Shown here in pieces: positions 1 through 11,619 of a stretch of DNA of 36,861 nt; the first letter of the stretch is position 1, and each line of letters begins with the position of its first letter. The notes under the pieces were generated by a model. That model was not told where the DNA came from, made no database searches, and saw only the letters and a program-made list of their open reading frames with translations. Source of the stretch: Basidiobolus ranarum (lineage: Eukaryota); NCBI GenBank assembly GCA_040143965.1, contig JASJQH010000056.1:1-36861 (forward strand), written 5' to 3'. Made by a program: the position numbers and the translations under genes.

Positions 1-267
1 CTAGAACTTAATTAGAAACATAATTCGGATCTTAATTTAAATTTTTTTAAAATTATCTTCGCAACAAACTTTAATTAGAACCTAATTAGTTGCATTTATC
101 TCTATTTTCCCTTCAGTTTTTCTTGAAATAAAAAGACACGACATAATCCCTTTTTACATCACTCCACCTGCCCTTTCAAGATTCATTTTTGGATTCAAAT
201 GGATTTAGCACAACAGTTGATGATATTAGGCTTCTGTTCAAAGTATACATAGTTTATTATGGTGACT

Positions 268-1299
268 TTAGACCCAGGCATATTTCTCATTGCCCAACCA
301 CTCTAGCTCTTTCTCGGGGCATTCAAAATATGCCATGGATGGAAGTGAGCTATCTCTCTCAACGACATTAACGTCATCTGGAGTAAATTTGCGTTCCAAA
401 TTCCAAACAACCACAGTGGAAATACCCATATTGGAAGCTTCAATTTTAGAAGCCTCTAGAAGTAGTTGGGTACTCTCTTTAGAAGTACTACGGAGTCGAA
501 GAATAATCAATTGATTATCACGAAAATCATGTGTCCAGGTAATAAAATTAGGGCTCTCCTTAGCTGTGTTTTGGACATAGGCACCCAAAAACGCGGGAAT
601 GGGTCTATCGTATACTCCGGCATAGAAACGACTTCTAGCCCAATGCCAATCATAATCTATACGTCTAGGTAAAATAGCAACAGTAGTTTTTGTCGAATTT
701 TTAACTTCCTGACGAAGCAGCTCACAATCTTTCGTAGCAAATTCGTCGATTTTGTCTTCTGTTAACCAGTTTACTTCACTTGGTAGCTGAGTTCCTTTTG
801 GAGTATTTTTGGCAGTAAGCTGTCCTTCAAAAGCAGGATAAAGCTTCCAACCAAGGCGTGAATAAAAGGTAGGTCCTACATCCGAGTAGAGGTTTGAAAG
901 GGCCGCGCCATTTTTTTCCAACTCCAGATAAAGCAATTTCATCATTTTACTCGCATAGCCTTTCCCGCGATATTTGGCCGGACAAAAGACAGTAGCAATG
1001 CTATAACACTCACGCTCTTGTATTTCTCCACCATTTTCCGGGTTATTAATGATTGCAGGGCGGCGGAAAGTTTCGCAGTGTGCTAAAGGCTGTGTGTTTG
1101 TAGGATCATCTTTGTGAACCAAGGCCCATACCGTAATATTTTCGGAAGTAAACTGCTGATTCGCGAGCAGCTTTTCACGCTTAAGGTATTGCTCCAAATC
1201 TAGCTTGACACCCCATTCAACATGGGTATTGTGCCAAGTAGTTAATATTTGATCGTGAGTAGCTTTAACCAGCACAAGATTCTCAGTGTCTTGGGTCAT
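268..1299 (-). CDS. GNAT-family N-acetyltransferase, LYC1-like (putative lysine N-acetyltransferase), 343 aa, intronless
   Basis: Uninterrupted ATG-to-TAA ORF. It carries the acetyl-CoA-binding motif A (IATVFCPAKYRGKGYASKMM), motif B (LYSDVGPTFYSRLGW), an N-terminal W...L..EQYL.RE segment and a C-terminal W..NEKYAW, all characteristic of fungal LYC1-like proteins. Confidence 0.88.
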   Translation of the reverse strand: MTQDTENLVLVKATHDQILTTWHNTHVEWGVKLDLEQYLKREKLLANQQFTSENITVWALVHKDDPTNTQPLAHCETFRRPAIINNPENGGEIQERECYSIATVFCPAKYRGKGYASKMMKLLYLELEKNGAALSNLYSDVGPTFYSRLGWKLYPAFEGQLTAKNTPKGTQLPSEVNWLTEDKIDEFATKDCELLRQEVKNSTKTTVAILPRRIDYDWHWARSRFYAGVYDRPIPAFLGAYVQNTAKESPNFITWTHDFRDNQLIILRLRSTSKESTQLLLEASKIEASNMGISTVVVWNLERKFTPDDVNVVERDSSLPSMAYFECPEKELEWLGNEKYAWV

Positions 1300-3304
1300 A
1301 ATATAAACTCTTCAAAGTGGACTAGAGCCAAGTAAAACTGTGCTATATAAAAGATTGAGTACGATTGTGGCTAGACACTGAATTTTCAAGTGATGATGAA
1401 TAATAATATGCCAAATTCTCATGTCTTTCGGATCAATTACGAATCTTGTAAAACAGTCCAAAAATTAGTTCTCATGAAGGTGTTCTTTTGGTAGTTTGTG
1501 ATGGAAATTATTCCATAAATACAGAGTTGCAACTTAATATGGAAACACATCGGTCTTGGATACTACGATAATGGTGTGACACTCATTCCGAGACTCTTCA
1601 AGAATCGCCAATTGGATATATCGCTGATGCTAGTTGATGAGTCAAGCCTATTAGGTTGAAATCCATGCCTGGGACACAATATGATGCTTCATGCTGACTA
1701 TTATTGTGTGTTTTGGTGTTCATTAGTGCTTAAATGGATGGAGTATTTCAGATAAGAGCTTAAGAAATGTGGATGGATATTACAACGCGGTTGGAAAAGT
1801 AATCACGTAGCACTTGCGTATCTTGAACTCCATCGTCCGCGGTAAACATAATGAACACTGTGATGCTGTAACATACATAGAATATGTATGAAGTAACGTT
1901 TGAGGACTCCATATGCGAACAAAAATGTAATTTTTTCAAACAACGATATATCGGGTTTAGGATACCAGCCTCTTGAATCTGTGCATTTCTAAACCTTTGA
2001 ACGTAAAGCGTTCTTTTTTGAGCAGGTTTCGGTATAGCACGAGCGATTATACAGAAAGCAACTCTGCTCTTTTGGTGAGTAAGTTTAGTACTTTAAAAAG
2101 GTACTACTTTCATCAAGGATTATAGTACACTTTATGTAGGTAAGAGAAATCAAGTACTAGCATTGTTATACTTCTTGTGCTGTGTAAAGGTTTGATAGAC
2201 AGTTGTCCTAACTAAAAACTTTCAAACTCTATCCAACCCTCTTGCTTAAAAATTAGACCGGGTTATCTCCAGGTACCTTCGAATACATTTGGTGTTAATA
2301 CTTTAAGATAAAACATCTCTGAAAAGCCTTCCTGTGTTCAAGTACTCGGTAGTGAGAAAGAACCTCAACTGCTCACTGCTTCAGGATCACTCATCTACGG
2401 CTGCCGAGGCTTATAATGATTTTTGCTAGTAAATATAGAACAATCCTGAACCGGCTAAATTATTTTCCATTTGCAGCATAATCCCGGTTTATAGTCACAC
2501 ACGCCAATTATGGAGCAAACACAAATTGATTTAACACGAGAAAGCTAGCTTGATAAAATAGGTTAATGCATTCAATCTATTAAGAGAGCAAGAACTTCCT
2601 AGTATTTGTGGTATTGCAAAGCGAATGAGGCGAATGGCAGATATGGGGCATTGGTGCTGTGGACAGCTAGCAAGTGATGTATTGGCTTACCATGCAGTGA
2701 ATCCTAGTTCTACCAGAATTCTGATCCCACATCACTTGAATCACAGGTCCAAATCAAGAATTAGTACTTCGATGATTTATTATATACATATCACTGGTAG
2801 TGCATATTAATTAAACAATAGAAAGAGTGATTGGAATGCCCTTAACCGTCAGTTGGCTGTGATGCCTTACATCACAATTAATGGTTTATTCTTCGCTTAT
2901 CATACATTGTTGGCACAACGATACAACTGCCAAATATTAGAGAACTGAGGTTTCCCTTCTTTTTTGATCACTGGAATTTGCTGGTCTGTACTCCATATCA
3001 TGATTTTAGGAAACAACACCCTCTTTTTCTAGTTTGTATTCCACCCTATCAACCCACTAATTATTGGGAGTTTTCTTTCGTTAGGAACAATCATTTACTG
3101 GGTCTTTAATTTCGTTACTGAGAATACTTTGCTTTTCAGGGTTTTTTCCTTATTTCTATTAAATATTTTTCACCTGCAGACACTGTTCTATTACATTGCT
3201 AATAGAAGCGCCATTTGTTTACTTTTAGACTAGTGTTTTCTTTGGATTCCACTTGGTTCATAGTTTCCCTCAGTTAAAAATAACTCTTTGAATAGTGCGA
3301 AGTA

Positions 3305-6300
3305 ATGATGTCCAAAATCCCGAAACCTGGTTCTGGTTTACCACCTCCTACTAAACGCAAGTCTTTTGGACTTCCCGGGAGCAATAATATACCTTCTGAC
3401 CGCGAGTCTGTATCTTCTGACGCCTCATCCGAAAATCGCCGTTTCTCTGGAACTCTGTCAAGCGACAGAATTTCCCCTTCACCACCTCCCCCTGGGCCTC
3501 TTAATGCTATCAATAAACGTTTATCTGGTAGTACGAGTCTCCGTAAACCTAGCCTTTCAAAGCCAACTTCGGCCAACAGTTCACCAATTCTAGCGTCTGG
3601 AGATAAACCTCCGTTAATCCCTTCCAAGCCACTGGGTCCTAAACCTACTTCAAAGATTCCAACCTTATCCAACGTTTCCTCGCCAGCTAGTAGCACTCTT
3701 TCTGAGCATAACGGTCCAGCTTTACTATCTCCAAAGCGCCTAAGTGTTTTAAAGCAGCATCCACCAAGACCAACTTCACCAGCAGTTTTGGGTCAGTTCC
3801 AAGTTGGTGACCGCGTTAGTGTTGAGTCTATGGGTATAAGTGGTACTTTGCGCTTTTTGGGACCCACTAAGTTCAAGCCTGGTACTTGGGCAGGTATAGA
3901 ACTGGATGTTGAGGGAACCGGAAAAAATGACGGGATTGTTGATGGGTATGTTTAAATTTCGTTACGGATACACTTGGTTTACACAGAAAATTATGAACCC
4001 TTCTTGACACTCAACATTTTTTATCACTATGTGTAGAATTGTATATTTCACCTGCCTTCCAAAGACTGGTTTATTCGTCTTGGGACATAAACTTACCAAA
4101 GTACGAGTAAATGATTCACCAGAATTAAAGAATGAAGAAACACTTGAAGTATCAAAAGATACTACCGCATCGGTATCCAAAAGAAGAGGAATACCACTTC
4201 CTGGCGCGATCTCTAGCTCAGCCACACCCGGTAAATCATCGTTATTACTCTTATCTCCAACAAATCCTGTTCCCAATGTGACCGGAGCCAGAGCTTCTCG
4301 GTATATTGGTATGACAGCAGCTCAGTTAAAAAAAGTCAACTCATCACCAGCTCCTCCAATATCTCCTAGTCCCGCTACATCCACTTCGGATGATCAACTA
4401 GACAGTAATCGTAAACCACTTCCCACTTTAAAAAGCTTTCAAGAAAATGGCTTTATCAAATCACCTCCCAGCTATTCAGCTCCTTCTCCCTCCCCTTCCC
4501 CCTCACCAACTTCGCTCAAAGGTCCGTTAACTCCCTCCAGATCGAATTCACCAGTTCATTCAGGCATCCTAGGGTCCAGGTCGGAAATGGTAGATGAAGG
4601 TATGACCATTCAGGATTTCAAATCTTCCACCTCGAATGAATTATTGTCCTTAGAGCAAGCGAATTCAAAGATTCAACAACTTCAACTACAAATTGAAAGA
4701 TTAGAAAGAGAAAATTCCAACCTGCAAGCTGAAAAGCAACCGCATGTTGAATCACCCAACCGAGTTTACGAAGAACATTCACCATCTCAAATAGATCAAT
4801 TGAAACTGGAATTCAATGAATTAAAATCACTTCAAGATCAATGGGAAGTACAAAAATTCGAACAATCTAAAAAAATCCTTCATTTAGAGGAGAAATTATT
4901 GGAGTATCAGAAACAACTGGATGTCGCAAAATCCGAAACCGCTAATCTTCTCTTGGAATCAGAGAATCATTTCAAATCGGAGATCTCTACCATCACTGAG
5001 ACATTAACAAAACAACTTGACATGAAGGCGGCTCAGATATCTGAGCTTCAAGATACTATCAACCAGATCAATGCGGAACTGGACTCTAAAGCTATGGTGG
5101 AGTCGGATCTTAGAGAGAAGCTCTCCCTGGCAGAAGCACAGAGAGAAGGAGATGCGATGAATCTAGATTTGATTGCCTCATTGCAAACCGAACTAGAGAA
5201 CAAAAGTATAGAGGTTGGAAAGCTCACCGCTCGCCTGGATCGTACCAAGTCAGACTTTGAAAAGGAAAAGGCTCAGCTTGTGGAAACAATATCGAGAGTT
5301 CAACAAGAGGAAATGGAAAAGGTTCAAGTGTATAAAGAACAACTTGCCGCTGTGGAACAGGAGGATATAGCTGCACTCAAGAGCCAGTTGATGGATTTCG
5401 AGAGAATTATCAAAGAACAAGAGCAGATGATAAGCCAGCTTCGGTCGGCTGGATCTGAGGCTTTCGATCACTATGAAAGGGAACTTCAGACCATTAAAGA
5501 CGAGAATCATTCCCTCCAAGAGCAAATCAAGAATATCGTTGACGCCGGAAGACAATTGGAATCCGAGGCAGACGGTTTGAAACTTGAACTTGAGAAAGCC
5601 AAAATTCGGGAAGAGGAGCTCGTAAGTGAAACGAACGCTCTTCAAGAAATCGTCGACAATTACCAAGTCACCAGTTCTAAGCGAAAGGAAGAGATTCAAA
5701 AACTTAAAACGGAGGTGGAGAAATTAACCGCCATCCAAGCTGAGGATGGCGAGCATAATACTCAAGAAAAGAGTAAACTTTTGGCTGATCTACATGAGCT
5801 GCGAAGCAAACTTGACACTCTAGAAGAGGAGAAAGAGCAGTCTTCTGAAAAACAGAGAGATCTTACCCTGAAACTTACTTCTATGGAGGAAGAACTCGAC
5901 CGAATCAAACACTCTTACGAAGACCTTTTGTCTTCTCAGGAAAATTGGGCATCTGAGAAAAGTGAACTTGAGGCCGAGGTGTCCAATATTAGAAACCTTC
6001 TGAATAAGAACACAGAGGCCGCCAAGAGAGCAATCGATAGCCCGGAGATTATTGAGCTTACTGATACCATTAAAGATTTGCATGCTATGGTTGAAGAGGA
6101 CTCCTCACAGCTGGAAGCTGTTATAGAAGAGAAGGATTCCCATATTCTTAAGCTTAATTCAGAGTTAGAAGTGTTACGCTCACAACTGGCAGTATTCGAG
6201 ACTCCACGTGCATTGTCCAATGAACACCAATCGTTTGAAGAACTAAAGTCTGTCCACGAGCAATCGTTAGCCCAACAAACGAGACTACAGGCTGATTATT

Positions 6301-7164
6301 CGGCTTTAATGGAGGCTCAAGCTAATCTTTTAGAGGCTCACAAACAGATGGAAGCTGAATGCTTGAAATTGATGGATGAGGTTGAGAGACTTCACAACGA
6401 ATCGCTCGAGGGAGATATGGCTGCACCCACTACGGAGGAGATAGTGGAGGATCACGTGGAGTTAAATGAAACTAAATCTGAAGGGGTAGAAGTAAACCGT
6501 TTAAGAGGAATTCTTACAGAAAAGCAAACGGTTATCAATCAAATGAAGCAGCAATACAGAGATGACATCCGACAACTTCAAAAACGAATGACAGACCTTG
6601 AGATCACCAAGCAAAAAGAGATTGAAATGCAATCCAAAGATATTGCTGAGTTGGAAAGCATAGTTGAACACAAGATCTTCCGAGAAGCAGAGTTGGAAGA
6701 GCAAATTGCTGAGCTCAAGAAGAAAGTGGACCAACTAGACACCAACTCCGGAGACAGCAGTTCTAAGGGCGAAGACGAACACCAGGACCAAAAGCCAGGG
6801 AAGAGTTCCAAGGCCAAATTTAGCTCTTTATCGGCAGCACTAACTGATGATGAAGACGCAGAGCTGTACTGTGAACTATGCGATTCAGTTGGACATGACA
6901 TTCTCTCTTGCACGGCGTATCCAATCGACATGAATGGATATAACGGATACGATGGTGATGACAGAACGGTATGTGTCTCTTTCATCTTGTCCAATATCAT
7001 GGCCTTTACTTATCTTTGCGTCAATATAGTATTGCGATAACTGTGAAGAATTCGATCTTCATTGGACAGATGAATGTCCAAATCAAGACGAGGTAATTTA
7101 TTGCTACGTATTCATCTCTAATAACCATGACCAACAATAACACGTTTATTTTCAGACTTTCTAA
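3305..7164 (+). CDS. CAP-Gly microtubule plus-end tracking protein, CLIP-170/Bik1/Tip1 family, ~1214 aa; exons 3305-3945, 4037-6968, 7030-7092, 7156-7164
   Basis: The CAP-Gly domain (VGDRV...GTLRFLGPTKFKPGTWAGIELD...GKNDG..DG|IVYFTC....GLFV) is rejoined in frame by intron 3946-4036 (GTATGT..TAG). A long E/K/L-rich coiled coil follows. Two CCHC zinc knuckles (YCELCDSVGHDILSC; YCDNCEEFDLHWTDEC) are joined across intron 6969-7029. Intron 7093-7155 (GTAATT..CAG) leads to ACT TTC TAA. Confidence 0.92.
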
Positions 7165-9276
7165 ACTCCTCCACTCTAAAGTTGCTTAGAGCATGGCTGG
7201 CGGTAATTTTATTTCTATATGAATTGGAGGTGGATATTGTACAGACTTTTGAATGTTACTTTCAATCTTAATTTCGATTTTACTTTGAAATATTTATCTA
7301 TTCACACAAACCCTATTTTTTGTTTACCTGTCAATTCATTCAAGCTACTCATATAGTACGTGAGTATCACTCTATTTCTTCATGGCTCTAATGGTTTTTT
7401 TAGATTAAATCGATGCTCGTGTATTGTCTCAATCCTTTCCATACTTTTTGTACTATTGCCTGCAGCAAGAGATCTTCCACCTCCCTAATATTGATATAGG
7501 CCCACGTCAAGATGCCTTGGTTATTTCTTTTACATTATAGGTTGTGTTTTACATGACACAAGCAGTAGTATTGTAGTGTCTCCATGCTCCCGAACTTCAC
7601 CGGGCGGTGTTCATGTTATGGAAACCTTTTCCCAGGATTGTTGCTTCATATAATATTAAAAAAACATCAACATTCCTTACGAAATTCATTTGCTTATACT
7701 TGCTGTGTCTATACCAATGATAACCAAGCCGATGAACAAAATACCCTTAATCACTGCATATTTACAAAGTGCAGAATGTCGTAGCATATCATAGGAGGCG
7801 GACTGGTACAGTTACCACATTATGACTACCTTAAAACCAAGCCAGTTGCCATCTACATGCCTCAACATCATCTGTAAACTGATATAGATGAGAGATTTGA
7901 TGACCATATTAATCTGGCCATCCTGATTCTTCATTCATCCCACCTAGGGAAAGTCTTATAGTGGGAAATTAGCTACATGGTAGAATAAATGAAGTAGCTT
8001 TGAAACCAGAGGAGTCTGTGGAAACTGTGATAGAGAAGAAAATCAGCCATAGTGCATTGTTTACCATTAGCCTTTCTTTAACCTTATCTGATAAGATAGT
8101 ACACACTTTATTGATGTATGAAATCCTTCTATGGCATATGAGGTGGTGCAGCTATCCTTATAGTCTCACCATCCTACTCTGTCGATGCGTGGATTGGCAG
8201 TACACCGTTTCCGAAGACATGGTTTTAACGATCCCTTGGACGCGCCATCCAGCAATAGTGGAATTTGTATGGAATTGTCCTAGCTCTTTTAACCGGATAG
8301 AAGTTTATCACTTCACTAAGGGAGCTTTCACAAATCCTACAAATCTTTTTCACAACTTGATATACCGGCTGTCATGGTTCAGACTCGCAAAACGTGAACC
8401 TTGTTTTCCGAATGAAGAATTTCACCACCATACACAAGATAATGGGCGAATATAAACTTAGTCATCTTGCTCTATATTTGCTGATGACTCCCCAGCCAAT
8501 ACTGTAATGAGTCAAAGAACTTGTCAGATAAAGTCAGCTTCTTGCTTGAACTGTCAATGTGGTGCTCTAGATGTGCTACAGATATCCGGTTTAATGTGAT
8601 ATCCGAATAGGTATCCGATTGTCACCACCAACTATGAGCATTAATTAATAAGAAACACGTTGAGGCCTATATTAATGATCATTTGAAATGAACGTTGCAA
8701 TGCATGGAACTGGCTATTTCCTGATTACCATATTACCGATTAGCCACATGAGCCATCCAATGTTGTGCATTGGGTTAGTGGAGTGGCCTATTCTCGAATA
8801 TCAATAACCGAGACAGTATAGGTTGATCCTTCGATTCACGGAGAGATATAAGAATCACTCCTAAGTGTATTGTGTAATAAATAAACAAACCTGCATGCTC
8901 CTTAACAATGATAGGCCAGATACATCTGCCCCAATCCTTGATAGAAATATCACTGCCAACAGTTTCTGATGCGTAGGCAGTTCGTGGACAAATCATAACC
9001 CCAAGAGTCAGGCCATCCAGCAAAGGAGGCTCGAGTTAAGTGCAATGATGGGGATTAAAGCTTTAATGGTACGTTTTACATAAATCCCTCAGTCAGTACA
9101 ACGTAGAAGAAATGTACAATCTGATGCCAGGTAAATCTCGGCATAAAGATGGGTTATTGTGGTTAGGAGAAATAGTAAGGAAACTGATGAGTGAATAAAA
9201 CAGAAAGAATGGTCTAAGATTCGGGCTTCTTTTTGATACATTGAAAATCATAATAAACGTCTACTACCACTACTAC

Positions 9277-10590
9277 TTAAAACAGTCGAGTAAACCGGAA
9301 GCTTTGCCCCTTACGTGAGCGTAAGAACCGAGGAAATGTATGTCTCACCATTATCTCAGCTACTTCATTGATAGCGGCCTCAAATATCGTCTCGTCGATT
9401 TGGTCATCGAGAATCTTTAGTGTAATCTGCTTAACTACAGCGTTACAAAGATTCACCTGCAGCGCAGCGCCCGGCACAACAAAGGTGTCATAGATAGCTA
9501 ATACTTCCTCTTTGAGTATGGCTGTAGGAAGTCTCTTAATACGCTGGCACCGTTCAAAAAATAAAGGATTCTCAATGCTAAATTCCTTGACAGTGAAGTC
9601 TTTGAATTGTTCAAAAAGCAATGGATCCTCAACCACTTCGGTGAATCCTATTTGGCCTTTTTCGAGATTCCATTGGTTACGCGTGTTTCTGTAAACTTTA
9701 ATCAAAGGTATGTTAATCATGATGATTTGAATAATCATCAGCCCGAGAACGAGGAAGTAAATGGAGGCAAAGATGCGATGATACGGTTTAAATACGTCGA
9801 CTAGGGAGTAAATAAAGAACACCCCTAGAAAGACTATTATGGTGATCACTATATGTAGGAGCTCCTTACGAATTCCAAAAGCATCTTGAACCCCATGAAG
9901 CATGTACAGACAAAAGGATCCAATCACTACTGCATAGATTGAACTTATAATCTTCAAGGGAAGGAAGACAACATGCTCGAAACACTCTGTGGAGGAATCA
10001 ATACTGAAGATGTCTTTATGGGTTAGAGTCATGACTAGGGTTACAAGTATTTGCATGGAGATGGCGCCCATGAGACCATAGAATATCCACTTGGAGGGTA
10101 ATTTGATGCGATAGCGAAATAAATGAATCTGCTCCATGATTTGGTCCTCCTTGCATAACCTATCCGCATCGAAAATCAGTTCTAGGTGCTCATTTCCTGG
10201 GTCCTTGATTTCAAGCTGGTGAATTTTGGATGTAGAGCGCTGCGAGTAACCAAGACGGACAGCCTGAAGCTTGGCATCACTAGCGTAGAACATAATTGCG
10301 AGTCTGAGATATTTCAGAAGAACGGACAGTATGGCTATGATCCCCCCTATCGAAATGAACCAAATTGCTGCGTTACATAGGAATTTGGTTCGAGTAATCT
10401 TCGCTATTAGATAAGCAATCAGAATATTGACGGATACTACGCTTCCTAGAGTCAGCATCACACTCCGGTACTTTATCATTTCATGGTTCCGATTACGAAA
10501 AAAGGTTATTGCTGATAGAACGGTGAACAGTAACCAAATAGCTAGGAGGGTCATGTTAGCTATCAAGTGCGCATCTATGTTAAAATCCAT
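9277..10590 (-). CDS. 7TM-RGS fusion protein (GPCR-like seven-helix domain plus C-terminal RGS domain; GprK/AtRGS1-type architecture), ~437 aa
   Basis: Seven hydrophobic segments with IKYRS after TM1 and V.DAFGIRKEL before TM6. These are followed by an RGS domain (FTEVVEDPLLFEQFKDFTVKEFSIENPLFF...IYDTFVVPGAALQVNL...IFEAAINEV..IM....FPRFL). The first in-frame ATG is at 10590; the ORF-track start at 10614 is a TTG. Confidence 0.9.
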   Translation of the reverse strand: MDFNIDAHLIANMTLLAIWLLFTVLSAITFFRNRNHEMIKYRSVMLTLGSVVSVNILIAYLIAKITRTKFLCNAAIWFISIGGIIAILSVLLKYLRLAIMFYASDAKLQAVRLGYSQRSTSKIHQLEIKDPGNEHLELIFDADRLCKEDQIMEQIHLFRYRIKLPSKWIFYGLMGAISMQILVTLVMTLTHKDIFSIDSSTECFEHVVFLPLKIISSIYAVVIGSFCLYMLHGVQDAFGIRKELLHIVITIIVFLGVFFIYSLVDVFKPYHRIFASIYFLVLGLMIIQIIMINIPLIKVYRNTRNQWNLEKGQIGFTEVVEDPLLFEQFKDFTVKEFSIENPLFFERCQRIKRLPTAILKEEVLAIYDTFVVPGAALQVNLCNAVVKQITLKILDDQIDETIFEAAINEVAEIMVRHTFPRFLRSRKGQSFRFTRLF

Positions 10591-10659
10591 CCTGGATAGA
10601 GGGAAAAGTTTCAAATCAAATCATCAATTTCTTTCCATGGCCGAAGCAATGGCTGGGCT

Positions 10660-10666
10660 TTTTATA
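10660..10666 (-). promoter_or_regulatory. Candidate TATA box of the 7TM-RGS gene
   Basis: TATAAAA on the minus strand, ~70 nt upstream of the ATG at 10590. Confidence 0.4.
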
Positions 10667-11619
10667 GTCGTTAAGGCGGCACACACTAATTAGTTCTAGA
10701 ACCGGTTTTTGTCTGTACATGCAAGTCTGGGAGGTCATAAAAGTAGCTGTGGCACCACTACCCGGGTGCATCGAATAAACAAAGCACCCAGGAGATCGAA
10801 GTGCTCACTTAAACCTCCCCACCAACTGATTGTACACACAAAACTAGACCAGAGCTCAAAAGTAGATAGAGTGGTTGAAATTCAACACTCGACTGCAATA
10901 ATGAATAGATTCATGGCTAGTAGTTGTCCATGTGAATTTTTCAAGCAGGAAGCCTCGTCATGATTATCTCTGCTGTGAGGCTTTACATGGACATCAAGGT
11001 ATCAAGATTTATACTGGTTGCGGGAAACCATAATTGGGAACTATTATCACTAACTTGGCCATATGAAGTGGGACATGGATATCGAAAAAGGATGTGTGTA
11101 GCCAACTTGGTGATCTTGAACTGAAAATATTCACACTCTGTACAGGAGATAGATACATACCCTCCACAGAGAACACTAGCCACTTGGGAAGCAGTTGGTT
11201 CGGCTTGAGAAGACCTCCGTTGCATGGTATGACAGCCTTACTTAATCAACACAGTTGGGATTGTACTCAATCGAGTTCCCATGAAATTCTAGTTGCTTTC
11301 TAGGAAGAGTCTCTCTTTTGCTAAACTTGGCTAACCTACACCATAGCTCAAGTATATTCTTTTCCTGTCCATGTTCGGTTTCTATTCTGAATCGCCATGT
11401 CGAACAAACACTATCGGATAAGGCTTTGAACCATTAAGGCTAACACTGCTATGTCATGCTTTCACCATGCCTCATACTTCTCCTATTTTATTGCTTAGAG
11501 AGGAAGATTGGGAATAGCCTGAAGGATATCAAGTACGCCCATCGGTAGAAATATACTTCTAGATCAGTTTCACTGAAATGATGTTATTTATAGCAGTAGT
11601 AAGCGTTTAGATTGCCACT

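Noticed and set aside
1..100. Short TTAATTAGAA(C) repeats at the window start
   Set aside because: Very AT-rich, irregular and truncated by the window edge; could be a TE end but cannot be supported.
3274..7000. Minus-strand ORFs at 3274-3696, 3962-4276, 5048-6220 and 6501-7000
   Set aside because: Antisense shadows of the CLIP-170-like CDS, with no independent motifs.
4029..7040. The 1003-aa ORF as a standalone gene
   Set aside because: Its start and end lie inside introns. It is exon 2 of the gene beginning at 3305, since the CAP-Gly domain spans the junction.
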